DNA from: Capsulimonadales bacterium | GTDB lineage: Bacteria; Armatimonadota; Armatimonadia; Armatimonadales; Armatimonadaceae | Assembly (NCBI GenBank): GCA_033762295.1 | Contig: JANRLW010000077.1 | Coordinates: forward strand, 1-64,000 | DNA: 64,000 nucleotides | Reading direction: 5' to 3' | Shown: in pieces, positions 46,440 to 55,584 of the stretch | Layout: every line of letters begins with the position of its first letter | How positions within the stretch are numbered: the stretch's first letter is position 1 | Notes under the pieces: model-generated | Databases searched by the model: none | Told to the model about the DNA's origin: nothing | The model's input: the letters and a program-made list of their open reading frames with translations, nothing else | Made by a program: the position numbers and the translations under genes

Positions 46440-49247
46440 TCAGCCGAAGGTGATGACGAATTTGGCTCCGATGTCGGGAATTCCGGTCGCACGGATCGTG
46501 CCGCCGTGACGTTCGACGATCTTGCGGCAGATCGCCAGACCGATCCCGGTGCCTTCCCGATGGTTGCCGTCGAGTCGTTCGAAGACATCGAAGATGCGTT
46601 CGGCATCCTTTTCGGAGAACCCCATCCCGTTATCCTCGATGGTGAGAATGTGCCGTCCGTTCGCCCACTCATGTTCGATGCAAATCACCGTGGGGAGACC
46701 GTCGCGATGGAACTTGAGAGCGTTTCCGATCAGGTTCTGGAAAAGCTGCCGCATCTGCAGGGCGTCGGCGTCGATGGTCGGCAGAGGCGCGACACGGATG
46801 GTCGCTCGCGACTCGGCGATACGCACCTCCAGATCGTTCAGCACCTCGCGCACCACGGCGTTCAGATCGGTCGGCGCGAACGCATTTCCCTTGGTGGTGA
46901 CGCGTGAATAGGACAGCAGACCGTCGATCAACGCCTGCATTCGGTCGGAGGCGGACAGCATCCTCTCCAGATAACCGGCGGCGTCTCCGTCCAGCGTGCT
47001 CGCTTTTCGCGCCAGCATGCTGCCGAACGTCCGAATCTTCCGCAGCGGTTCCTTGAGGTCGTGGGACGCGATGGAAGCGAAGTCCTGGAGAGCGGCGTTG
47101 CTTCGCGCCAGTTCGTTCGCCATATTCCGCAGACGCACTTCGGCGGCCTTCTGCTCGGTGATATCGGTACAGACGCCGATTACCCGCCATTTGTCGGGAC
47201 CGAGGGGCTGGATTTGCGCTTCCTCGCGCAGCCAGTGGTCGACCCCGTCGCGGTCGCGACAGCGGAACTCCTGCGTATAGCCGGGCTTGCCCCAAAGAAT
47301 GGCCTCCCGGCTGTTGCCGTCGATCTTCGCCATATCCTCCGGGAGGCGCGAGTCCGACCACGCCCGGGAGTACTGTTTCGGGGCGGTGTCCAGCGGGACG
47401 ATCCGCAGGGCGGACGCTTCGTTGCAGATTTCGAAGTCCCAGACCAGTTCCTCCCCATCGAGGGTGACGATCGCATCCCAGAGAATACAACGGGCCTTGT
47501 TGAGAACGCTTTCCAGTCGTTCCTCGGCCAGTTTTCCGGAGGTCACTTCCCGACAGACGCCGATCACGGTCCAGTGATCGGCTCCGAGCGGCTTGATCAG
47601 CGCATCCTCATAGAACCACCAGAGGTTGCCATGAAGATCGCGACAGCGGAACTCCTGACGGTATCCGGGCAGGTTCCCCCGCAGCGCCTCTTCCGCGGTT
47701 CGGTCGATCCGTACCCGGTCCTCCTTCAGGCGGCTTTTATCCCAGGCCCACTCATATTTATCGACGGTGGTATCGAGGGGAAACAGTTGCCGGGCGGTCT
47801 CCTGATTGAGAATCCGCATATCCCAGTCCAGATTCTCGCCGTTCCGGCGGACATCCGCTTCCCAGAGCAGACAGCGCGCGCCGGCCAGCACTTCGTCGAG
47901 CCGCTCTTCGAATCGTTTTCGATCGGTGATATCGGTGCTGATGCCGGTCACCTGCCAGCGGCCCGGTTCCAGGGCGCGGATACGGACATGTTCGCTCAGC
48001 CAGACCGTATTTCCGTATCGGTCCCGGCACCGAAACTCCTGAGTGTAGCCCGGCTTCCCGGACAGAATCGCTTCGGTGCTGGTGGCATGCAATCGCGCCT
48101 GGTCGTCGGCGCGGCTTTCGACCCAGGCGGCGATATAATCCCGGTCGGTGGTGTCGAGCGGCAGCACGAGGAACGCCGACCGTTCGTTCCGAAGGTGCGC
48201 TTTCCAGCGCAGCCGCCCCGTCTCCGGTTCCTGCGTCACTTCGGCATCCCATACGATGCACCGGGCGTCCTCTACGATGGTCTGCAGTCGTTCCTCGGCC
48301 TGTTTTCGGGCCGTGATATCGACGGTCGCGCTGACCCCTCCGGTGATCCGTTCCGCTCCGTCCCGCAGAGGAAAGGTGGTCGTCAGCAGGCTCTTGATCG
48401 TTCCGTCGCTTCCCCGGAACGTCCATTCCCGGTTGACCGTCTCCTCACCCTGCGCGATCCGCCGGAGGACATCCTCCTCATCGTCCGCGGTTCCGATCAC
48501 TTCCCGGATCGGCCGACCGACCACCTGGGCGGCGGTCCGGTCGAAAACGACCTCCGCCGCATGGTTCCAGATCAGGATGCGTCCTCTGGGATCGAAGCTA
48601 TAGCAGGCGACGGGTATCCCGGCGAAGAGGGAGACGAATCGATGGGCGGCGGCTTCCCGCTCCGCGCTTTCCTTCCGGAATCGTTCCTGTTGACGTTCCT
48701 GGTCGGCGTTCTCCCGTAACAACCGTTCCTGCGAGTTTCGATACCGGGCCAGCACGAGGCCGCCGAGGTAGAGGGTGAACACGAACCAGACGATGGTGAA
48801 GATGCTGACCGACAGCAGGAGATCGAGTTTCTGTCGATAGTCCTGGTAGAGGGCGCGGCTCAGCGTTTGCGCCGCCTGTCGAAGAGAGTCGGCGTTTTCC
48901 CAGTCGATCCTTCCTTCCCGCTCCAGGCGGGTCGCGAACGCATCGAACACCGGGTCGAGGCGAGCGACTTCCGTCGGGAACGGACGACGCAATCGGTCGC
49001 GGGTCGTGCGCATCGCGTCCAGCGAGGGGCGGACGTCTCCGTCGCTCCGCGCCTGAACCCCATAGACATAGAGGCTGCGTTCGCCCAGGGCGGCGGCCTC
49101 CTCACGCAGTTCGGCGTCCCGGAAGGTGGTGGCTACCTGAAGGACGATGAACCCGAGCAGGCAAAGCAGCAGGGCGCTGGCGGCGACCAGCAGGTTCGCG
49201 ACCGTCTTGCGGGAGTCCTCGAATTTGGCGGGCATCGGCAAAGGCAT
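46440..49247 (-). CDS. Membrane sensor histidine kinase with four PAS domains
   Basis: Two TMs; PAS/PAC repeats ending DIT..K.AE; H-box FASIASHDLKEPLRKI; QLFQNLIGNALKF, EDNGMG, GTGIGLAIC. Confidence 0.92.
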   Translation of the reverse strand: MPLPMPAKFEDSRKTVANLLVAASALLLCLLGFIVLQVATTFRDAELREEAAALGERSLYVYGVQARSDGDVRPSLDAMRTTRDRLRRPFPTEVARLDPVFDAFATRLEREGRIDWENADSLRQAAQTLSRALYQDYRQKLDLLLSVSIFTIVWFVFTLYLGGLVLARYRNSQERLLRENADQERQQERFRKESAEREAAAHRFVSLFAGIPVACYSFDPRGRILIWNHAAEVVFDRTAAQVVGRPIREVIGTADDEEDVLRRIAQGEETVNREWTFRGSDGTIKSLLTTTFPLRDGAERITGGVSATVDITARKQAEERLQTIVEDARCIVWDAEVTQEPETGRLRWKAHLRNERSAFLVLPLDTTDRDYIAAWVESRADDQARLHATSTEAILSGKPGYTQEFRCRDRYGNTVWLSEHVRIRALEPGRWQVTGISTDITDRKRFEERLDEVLAGARCLLWEADVRRNGENLDWDMRILNQETARQLFPLDTTVDKYEWAWDKSRLKEDRVRIDRTAEEALRGNLPGYRQEFRCRDLHGNLWWFYEDALIKPLGADHWTVIGVCREVTSGKLAEERLESVLNKARCILWDAIVTLDGEELVWDFEICNEASALRIVPLDTAPKQYSRAWSDSRLPEDMAKIDGNSREAILWGKPGYTQEFRCRDRDGVDHWLREEAQIQPLGPDKWRVIGVCTDITEQKAAEVRLRNMANELARSNAALQDFASIASHDLKEPLRKIRTFGSMLARKASTLDGDAAGYLERMLSASDRMQALIDGLLSYSRVTTKGNAFAPTDLNAVVREVLNDLEVRIAESRATIRVAPLPTIDADALQMRQLFQNLIGNALKFHRDGLPTVICIEHEWANGRHILTIEDNGMGFSEKDAERIFDVFERLDGNHREGTGIGLAICRKIVERHGGTIRATGIPDIGAKFVITFG

Positions 49248-49374
49248 TGTCGCTATCTATTCAGTGTCTATTCTACTACCATTCCGAACACGATACGGGC
49301 GGAGTCTCTCCTCCTGATTGTCGGCGAAAAGGTCAGGGTTAGTCAGGTCGGGAAATCCGTTGTATGATAATTCC

Positions 49375-50481
49375 ATGGGCATACAGGCGGACATGGACCC
49401 CTCCGTGGTGCTGGTTGAGACGGCGAAGAAAAGGACGCAGCAGGGCGCGTACGCCGACGCCGAAAACCTGCTGAAAAAAGCCCTCGCGCTTCGTTCGGAT
49501 CTTCTCGGCGAGGACCACGAGGAAACGGCGGATATCCGTACCGAACTGGCCACCCTTTCCATAAATCTTCAACGTTTTGAGGACGCCCGAAGATACCTGT
49601 ATCAGGCGTTACGGACCTATCACCGACTGTTCGGTTCGGAACATCCGTCGATTGCCGCCGTTCTGAGCATCCTCGGAGTGGTTTGCTGTCGACTGGGCGA
49701 AACGGAGGACGCGGAACGGTTGTGCATTTCCGGCCTGGAGATGTGCCGCCGCGTGCATACGGCTTCGTCCCCGCACACGGCGACCGCCGCCCTGCGTCTG
49801 GCCCTCGTTTACTTCGATGCCGGACGGCTTTCGGAAGCCATCGTCCTCTACGAGGAGGGACTTACCGTCCACGAAGCCCAGGAAACGCCGGAGATCGACT
49901 CCATCGCGGCCGGTTACAACAACCTTGCGATGGTTTACTGCGCACAGGATCGGTGGGACGATGCGGTGATTTTGCTGAGCAAGGCGTTGCACTTGGGGTC
50001 GCTTCTTCCGGAGAATTCCGCAGTACAATCGGCCACACGAATCTATCTGGTCTATGTCCGGTATCGACAGGGGGACCACGCGGTAGCGGAGTCCGATTTG
50101 CGGGAGGTATTGCCCGATCTGGTGGCGTCGCACGGACCGGATTTCCCTTTCGTCCTTCTCGGCGAAGAACTGCTCTTCGCAACGCTTTTCCATTCGCAAC
50201 GATTTGAGGAGGCGTACGGGGTTCTGCGGAGACTGCCGGAGAAGTCGGGGCGTGTCCGTGGCGAAACGCACCCGGAAACGGCGAGTATATACTTTGGGCT
50301 CGGAGTGGTCTGCACACTCCTGGACCGTTTGGACGAAGCGGAAGTCTGGCACAAGAAGGCACTGGCGATCCGGGAGCAAACACTGGGAAAAACGCATACG
50401 AGCACGGTGGCCAGTTATCACCATCTGACGGCTCTCTACGGCGAAATGGAGAAACGCTTCCGGGAGATGGGCCTGCTCTAA
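49375..50481 (+). CDS. Tetratricopeptide repeat protein (kinesin-light-chain-type 42-aa TPRs)
   Basis: Repeated LG.EH..TA...LA...Y..AL units. Confidence 0.8.
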   Translation: MGIQADMDPSVVLVETAKKRTQQGAYADAENLLKKALALRSDLLGEDHEETADIRTELATLSINLQRFEDARRYLYQALRTYHRLFGSEHPSIAAVLSILGVVCCRLGETEDAERLCISGLEMCRRVHTASSPHTATAALRLALVYFDAGRLSEAIVLYEEGLTVHEAQETPEIDSIAAGYNNLAMVYCAQDRWDDAVILLSKALHLGSLLPENSAVQSATRIYLVYVRYRQGDHAVAESDLREVLPDLVASHGPDFPFVLLGEELLFATLFHSQRFEEAYGVLRRLPEKSGRVRGETHPETASIYFGLGVVCTLLDRLDEAEVWHKKALAIREQTLGKTHTSTVASYHHLTALYGEMEKRFREMGLL

Positions 50482-50485
50482 CCGG

Positions 50486-51268
50486 TCAGGGTTTACGGAA
50501 GCGGGCGATCAATGCCAGAGGAACCCCGATCCTGCCGCGCAGTCCCGCGTAGGTATTGGCGAGACGGCGGTCGCAGACCGGTTCGGCCAGGTGTTCGAGG
50601 ATCAACCCGGCGTTCGTGGCGGCGGCGAACAGGTCGGCGAGACGGTACGGATGCTGAACGATCCGGCGTTCCTCGCCCCCGGCGGTCGTGAAGCGCAGAT
50701 ACGGCGCACGGTCCTGCCGGCCGTCGCCGAGCGAATCGGCCCGCGCCTGATGCAGTCCGTGCGGATGATGGTCGCTGAGGATCAGGGTTCCGTCGGACCG
50801 CAGCACCCGCGCCATCTCGGCGAACGGCGTCGTCAGGTCCGGCAAAAAGGACAGGACGACCGCGCAGACGGCGACATCGACGGTGGCGTCGGCCATGGGC
50901 AGGGTTCCCGTCAGGTCGCCGACACGCCAGGCGACCGGGAGTTCGGCCCGTCGCGCCTTGCGTTCGGCGCAGGCCAGCATCTCCGGGCAGAGATCGATCC
51001 CGGTGACGCTCGCCGCGCCGAGGCGGGCCAGTTGCAGCGTGTACCGCCCGGTCCCACAGCCGAGATCGACCACGTTCCTGTCTCCGAGGTCGGGTAGCGC
51101 GGCCAGTGTCTCCGTGCTTTCCAGCAGGTGCAACGGGTTACCTGCCAGACGCGCGTCGTACGTGTCGGCGAGTTCTGCGAAGCCGTTTTGAGGAGTGCAG
51201 TAGATGGCGACGGTGTCGCGGGTATCCTCCCTGCCGAATCCGCGCGCCCCGTCGTTCGTTCCGTCCAT
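50486..51268 (-). CDS. Class I SAM-dependent methyltransferase
   Basis: VVDLGCGTGRY, GIDLCPEML, EMARVLRSDG.LILSDHHP. Confidence 0.88.
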   Translation of the reverse strand: MDGTNDGARGFGREDTRDTVAIYCTPQNGFAELADTYDARLAGNPLHLLESTETLAALPDLGDRNVVDLGCGTGRYTLQLARLGAASVTGIDLCPEMLACAERKARRAELPVAWRVGDLTGTLPMADATVDVAVCAVVLSFLPDLTTPFAEMARVLRSDGTLILSDHHPHGLHQARADSLGDGRQDRAPYLRFTTAGGEERRIVQHPYRLADLFAAATNAGLILEHLAEPVCDRRLANTYAGLRGRIGVPLALIARFRKP

Positions 51269-51274
51269 ACAGGA

Positions 51275-51294
51275 GATTATACTCCGGTATAATC
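51275..51294. promoter_or_regulatory. Bidirectional promoter: two back-to-back TATAAT hexamers
   Basis: GATTATAC-TCCG-GTATAATC palindrome; TATAAT 6 nt before ATG 51300 (+) and 7 nt before ATG 51268 (-). Confidence 0.7.
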
Positions 51295-51299
51295 CCGCC

Positions 51300-52430
51300 A
51301 TGACACCTCTTGAACTGCGCGCCCTCTTCCCGACCGCCGAAAAATGCCTTCATCTCAATCACGCCGGCACGTCCCCGACCGCCGCCCCGGCGGCGGAAGC
51401 GGTGAACGTCGTTTTGCGGGAGTTGATGAGCGACGATATTTTGCAGGGCTATCTGAACCACATAAAGCGGCAGAAAGCCCTGCGTACCCTGCTCGGACGG
51501 ATGCTGAACGTCGCGCCGTCGACCCTGGCGTTCACCCGGAACACATCGCAGGGACTGACGCTGGCCGCGCAGGGGATTCCGTTCCGGGAAGGCGAGAACG
51601 TCGTCGCGCCACGGGTCGAGTACCCGTCCAATATCTACCCCTGGCAGGCGCAGGCATACCGGGGCGTGTCGGTGACGCTGGTGCCTCCGCGCCCGGATTT
51701 CACGGTCGATGAGGAGGCGCTGCTCGCCGCCTGCGATGATCGGACCCGGGTTCTGGCCGTCTCCTGGGTGCAGTGGGGGACCGGACAGCGGCTCGATCTG
51801 GCGCGGCTCGGACGTTTCTGCCGCGAGCGCGGCATCGTGTTCGTCGTGGATATCGTGCAGGGCGCGGGCGCGTTGACGCTCGATCTGGGCTCGCTTCCGA
51901 TCGATATCGCGGCGGCGGGGTGTCACAAATGGCTGCTCAGTCCGGGCGGGATGGGCTTTCTGTACATCCGTCCGGAGGTCTTCCGGACGTTCCTGCCGAT
52001 CAACATCGGCTGGAATTCCGTGACCAACCCGATGGCCTGGGACGCGCCGCACTTCGAGGACATCAAATCGGAGCCGGACCGGATGGAGGAGGGCACTCCG
52101 AACCTTCTCGGCACCGCCGCGCTGCTGACGACGCTGGAACTGCTGGAATCGGTCGGCTTCGATACGGTGAACGACCGGGTGCTGTCGCTGGCGGGATACG
52201 CGAAGGCGCGTCTGCGCGATCGCGGCATGATGGTCCGTACGCCGGCAGGACCGGCGGGCGAGACGGGGATCGTCGCCTTCACCCACCCCGACCGGAGCCA
52301 TGCCGAGGTGCTGGAGGCGCTGGCGCAGGCGAAGGTCATCGCCGTCGAACGACAGAATTTCCTGCGCTTCTCCCCGCACGTTTACAACACCGAGGACGAG
52401 ATTGATCGCGCGGTCGGGGCGCTGCCGTAA
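51300..52430 (+). CDS. Class V PLP aminotransferase / cysteine desulfurase-like C-S lyase
   Basis: HLNHAGTSP, NTSQG, EYPSN, VDIVQGAG, GCHKWLLSP.G.G (PLP Lys), RFSPHVYN. Confidence 0.88.
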   Translation: MTPLELRALFPTAEKCLHLNHAGTSPTAAPAAEAVNVVLRELMSDDILQGYLNHIKRQKALRTLLGRMLNVAPSTLAFTRNTSQGLTLAAQGIPFREGENVVAPRVEYPSNIYPWQAQAYRGVSVTLVPPRPDFTVDEEALLAACDDRTRVLAVSWVQWGTGQRLDLARLGRFCRERGIVFVVDIVQGAGALTLDLGSLPIDIAAAGCHKWLLSPGGMGFLYIRPEVFRTFLPINIGWNSVTNPMAWDAPHFEDIKSEPDRMEEGTPNLLGTAALLTTLELLESVGFDTVNDRVLSLAGYAKARLRDRGMMVRTPAGPAGETGIVAFTHPDRSHAEVLEALAQAKVIAVERQNFLRFSPHVYNTEDEIDRAVGALP

Positions 52431-52478
52431 ACGCCCCGTCTTCGATAGCTCACACGGCGTGCGGCTTGCCGTGACCGG

Positions 52479-52506
52479 GCAGGAGAACGGGCGGGCAGCG
52501 ACGAAA
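52479..52506 (+). promoter_or_regulatory. AGGA-N18-GAA motif upstream of alpha-mannosidase
   Basis: GCAGGAgaacgggcgggcagcgacGAAA. Confidence 0.35.
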
Positions 52507-52555
52507 GCGAAAGGTAGATATCCCTGACCCCTTCCTTACAAGGAAACATACTTTT

Positions 52556-55489
52556 ATGCATCCGAATACCACGTCCCGTCTTCTCGGGACGCTTTCCCGA
52601 CAGCCCGGGCGGACCGCCGAAGGTCTTCTCCGCCGTCTCCGTCTCCAGATCGAGTTCGGCAACGCGTTCGCGGGCCTCCTTTCGGACCGCGCGACCGCCG
52701 AGGGCTGGCTTCCGTTGCTCGCGCAGGCGTCCGACTCGATCGACGCCCTTCGTCCGGACTCGCTCGGCGATCTCGAAGCGGCGGTGACGGCGGCGGAAAG
52801 CCTGCTCGCTCCGATCGGCGTGGCGGCGAAGGAGTATACCGTTACCTGCGTCGGGCACGGGCATATCGATATGAACTGGATGTGGAGCTGGCCGGAGACC
52901 GTTTCCGCCACGCATGATACGTTCGCTTCCGTCCTTTCCCTGATGCGGCAGTACCCCGACCTGACCTACTCCCAGTCGCAGGCGAGCGTTTATGCGCTGA
53001 TCGAGAAGTACCACCCGGCGATGTTCGAGGAGATCCGGGAGCGGGTGAAGGAAGGACGCTGGGAGGTAACCGCCGTCCACTGGGTCGAGGGCGACAAGAA
53101 CCTGGCGTCCGGCGAAAGCCTCGCCCGCCATCTTCTGTACACGCGTCGCTATTTCGCGGAGAAGTTCGGCCTTTCCGCCGAGAAAGTCCCGCTGGACTGG
53201 GAACCGGACACGTTCGGCCATGCCAACACGATCCCGACGATCCTGGCGCAGGGCGGCGTCCGGTTCTATTACGGCTGTCGGCTCGGCGGCGGGTTCGATC
53301 ATGCGGTGGTCGGCGATTTTCCGCGTCCGCGTCTGTTCCGCTGGGAGGGTCCGGACGGTAGCCGTCTCCTCGTCAACCGGGAATCGACCTGGTACAACTC
53401 CTACGTCAATATCGGCGACAATATCGCCCTTCCGGCCATCGGTTTTTATCAGGAGACCGGCCTGAAGGACTGGCTCAATATCTACGGTCTGGGCAACCAT
53501 GGCGGCGGCCCGACCCGCACGGAAATCGACTATTTCCTGGAACTACGGACCTGGCCGATCTATCCGAACGTGGTTTTCGGCACGGCGACGGCCTGGTTCG
53601 AGCAGGCGGACCGGGCGGAGAACCTGCCGGTCATCGACCACGAACTGAACTACGAGTTCACCGGCTGTTACACATCGCAGAGCCTGATCAAGCAGGCCAA
53701 CCGCTTCGGCGAAAACTATCTGGTCGAGGCCGAGACACTGGCCGCAATCACGCACGTCGCGCCGGATACGAAGGCGCGTCTGCGCGAGGGCTGGCTGAAC
53801 GTTCTCTTCAACCAGTTCCATGATATCCTGCCCGGTTCGGGCGTTCGCCAGACCCGCGAACATGCCACCGCGCTGTTCCAGGAGGCCGGGGCGATCACCG
53901 GCAGCATCAAGCGGGAGGCCGGGAAGGCGCTGGTCGCGGAGATTGACACGCTTTCCCTGTTGCCGGAGACGCCGGAAGCGGAGGAGGAGCGACGTCTGGC
54001 GGAGGTCGGACGCGCCAATACGCCGTTCGTCGCCGGGGCGGGCATCGGGGCGATGGAGACGGGCTATTCGGTCGCGAGCGGCGGCGGCGTTCGCTTCAAG
54101 CCGTTCGTGCTGTACAACCCCTGCGCCTGGGAGCGCAGCGAACCGGTCACGGTCGTGCTGTACGATACGGACCTCGATCCCGGCCGGATCGTGGCGCGAG
54201 ACGAGAACGGCGTAAACCATCCGACACTGGCGCTCGGAACCGGCGAGGACTGGGGCCATCGCAAGATCACGGTGCTGTTCCTGGCGCAGAATGTCCCGGC
54301 GCTGGGATATAAGACGTACGTTCTCTGTGAGGGCCGGGCGGACGGCGACGCCGCGCCGCGCGTCTCTCTGCAACCCCAGGACCGGTTCGAGACGCCGTTC
54401 CTGCGGTTCCAGGCGCTCCGCGCCTTATCGGGCATCCGTGGCGTCACCGACAAACGGACCGACGCCACACTGCAGAGCGGGTACGACGCGCTCGGCGTCT
54501 GGCGGTATCTGGTGGAGCGTCCGCGCGGCATGACCGCCTGGGTTCTGGGGAACGAGATCGAGGCGCGTGTCTCACTGCGGTCGGTCGGCTACCATATCCA
54601 TGGCGCGAGCCGCAATCAGGGAACGGCCTATCCACAGGGCGACAACATCGCCTACCTGGTCCAGCAACATCTGGAGGTGCCGGGAACGCGCAGCACGGTG
54701 CGTCTCTCGACGCTGGTGCATGGTCTGGAACCGCGCGTGGATGTCACCGCCGAGATCGACTGGCGCGAAATCGGCGACTCCGGGAGCGGGATTCCGGGGC
54801 TGGCGGTCGATTTCGCCTACGACCTGACCGACGCCCCGGCGGTTCGCTACGAGACGCCTTTCGGCAGCGTGCTTCGATTCGGGCCGGACGCCCAGGAGGT
54901 GCCATCGCTGCGGTATGCGCACCTTTCGGGGGAGGTGCTGGGCGAGGAAAGCAGCGTTCCGTGCGGTATCACGCTGCTTCAGGACTGTAAATACGGGCAT
55001 ACGGTCGGGCCGGGCAATAACCTGCGTCTGCGTATGATCCGCTCCTCGTTCGATCCGGACCATGCCCCGGAAGTTTGCCGCCAGAGGGTTCGTTACTCCC
55101 TCTTCTTCCATGAGGGTGAAGCGGACCCGGCGACGCTGACCCGGCTGGGAGCGGCATGGAACCATCCGTTGATCGTCTTTCCGGCGGACCTTCAAACCGG
55201 GAGCGGGTCGCCGTCGGCCTCGTTCGCACGGGTCGAACCGGCGAACGTCGTCCTGTCGGCCCTGAAGCCGGCCGAGGAGGGTGACGGGACGGTGCTTCGT
55301 CTGGTCGAGTACGGCGGCGAGGACACGGAAGCGACGGTCCTTCTGGCGGATTCGCTGGTCGGGGGCAAAGCGACGGCGGAGATCGTCGATCTGATGGAGC
55401 GTCCGACCGGCGCGACGGCGACCCTGACCGGCAATCGCCTGTCGGTTTCGGTTCCGGCAAACTCCTTCGTCACGGTTCGCCTGTCGTAA
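52556..55489 (+). CDS. Alpha-mannosidase (GH38)
   Basis: GHGHIDMNWMW, SGESLARH, WEPDTFGH, YGLGNHGGGPT, NQFHDILPGS, VLRLVE. Confidence 0.92.
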   Translation: MHPNTTSRLLGTLSRQPGRTAEGLLRRLRLQIEFGNAFAGLLSDRATAEGWLPLLAQASDSIDALRPDSLGDLEAAVTAAESLLAPIGVAAKEYTVTCVGHGHIDMNWMWSWPETVSATHDTFASVLSLMRQYPDLTYSQSQASVYALIEKYHPAMFEEIRERVKEGRWEVTAVHWVEGDKNLASGESLARHLLYTRRYFAEKFGLSAEKVPLDWEPDTFGHANTIPTILAQGGVRFYYGCRLGGGFDHAVVGDFPRPRLFRWEGPDGSRLLVNRESTWYNSYVNIGDNIALPAIGFYQETGLKDWLNIYGLGNHGGGPTRTEIDYFLELRTWPIYPNVVFGTATAWFEQADRAENLPVIDHELNYEFTGCYTSQSLIKQANRFGENYLVEAETLAAITHVAPDTKARLREGWLNVLFNQFHDILPGSGVRQTREHATALFQEAGAITGSIKREAGKALVAEIDTLSLLPETPEAEEERRLAEVGRANTPFVAGAGIGAMETGYSVASGGGVRFKPFVLYNPCAWERSEPVTVVLYDTDLDPGRIVARDENGVNHPTLALGTGEDWGHRKITVLFLAQNVPALGYKTYVLCEGRADGDAAPRVSLQPQDRFETPFLRFQALRALSGIRGVTDKRTDATLQSGYDALGVWRYLVERPRGMTAWVLGNEIEARVSLRSVGYHIHGASRNQGTAYPQGDNIAYLVQQHLEVPGTRSTVRLSTLVHGLEPRVDVTAEIDWREIGDSGSGIPGLAVDFAYDLTDAPAVRYETPFGSVLRFGPDAQEVPSLRYAHLSGEVLGEESSVPCGITLLQDCKYGHTVGPGNNLRLRMIRSSFDPDHAPEVCRQRVRYSLFFHEGEADPATLTRLGAAWNHPLIVFPADLQTGSGSPSASFARVEPANVVLSALKPAEEGDGTVLRLVEYGGEDTEATVLLADSLVGGKATAEIVDLMERPTGATATLTGNRLSVSVPANSFVTVRLS

Positions 55490-55494
55490 GGAAG

Positions 55495-55539
55495 CGCGGC
55501 ACGGTCCCCCGATAGCCTGTATCGGGGGACCGTGCCGCG
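55495..55539. terminator. Perfect 20-bp inverted repeat after the GH38 gene
   Basis: CGCGGCACGGTCCCCCGATA-GCCTG-TATCGGGGGACCGTGCCGCG; no U-tract. Confidence 0.55.
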
Positions 55540-55549
55540 AGTCAGGCAA

Positions 55550-55578
55550 TTGCAATAAATGTTAAATAGAGGTACACT
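55550..55578 (+). promoter_or_regulatory. Sigma70-type promoter TTGCAA-N17-TACACT, likely leaderless
   Basis: -10 ends 6 nt before GTG 55585; no SD sequence. Confidence 0.55.
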
Positions 55579-55584
55579 GGACCC

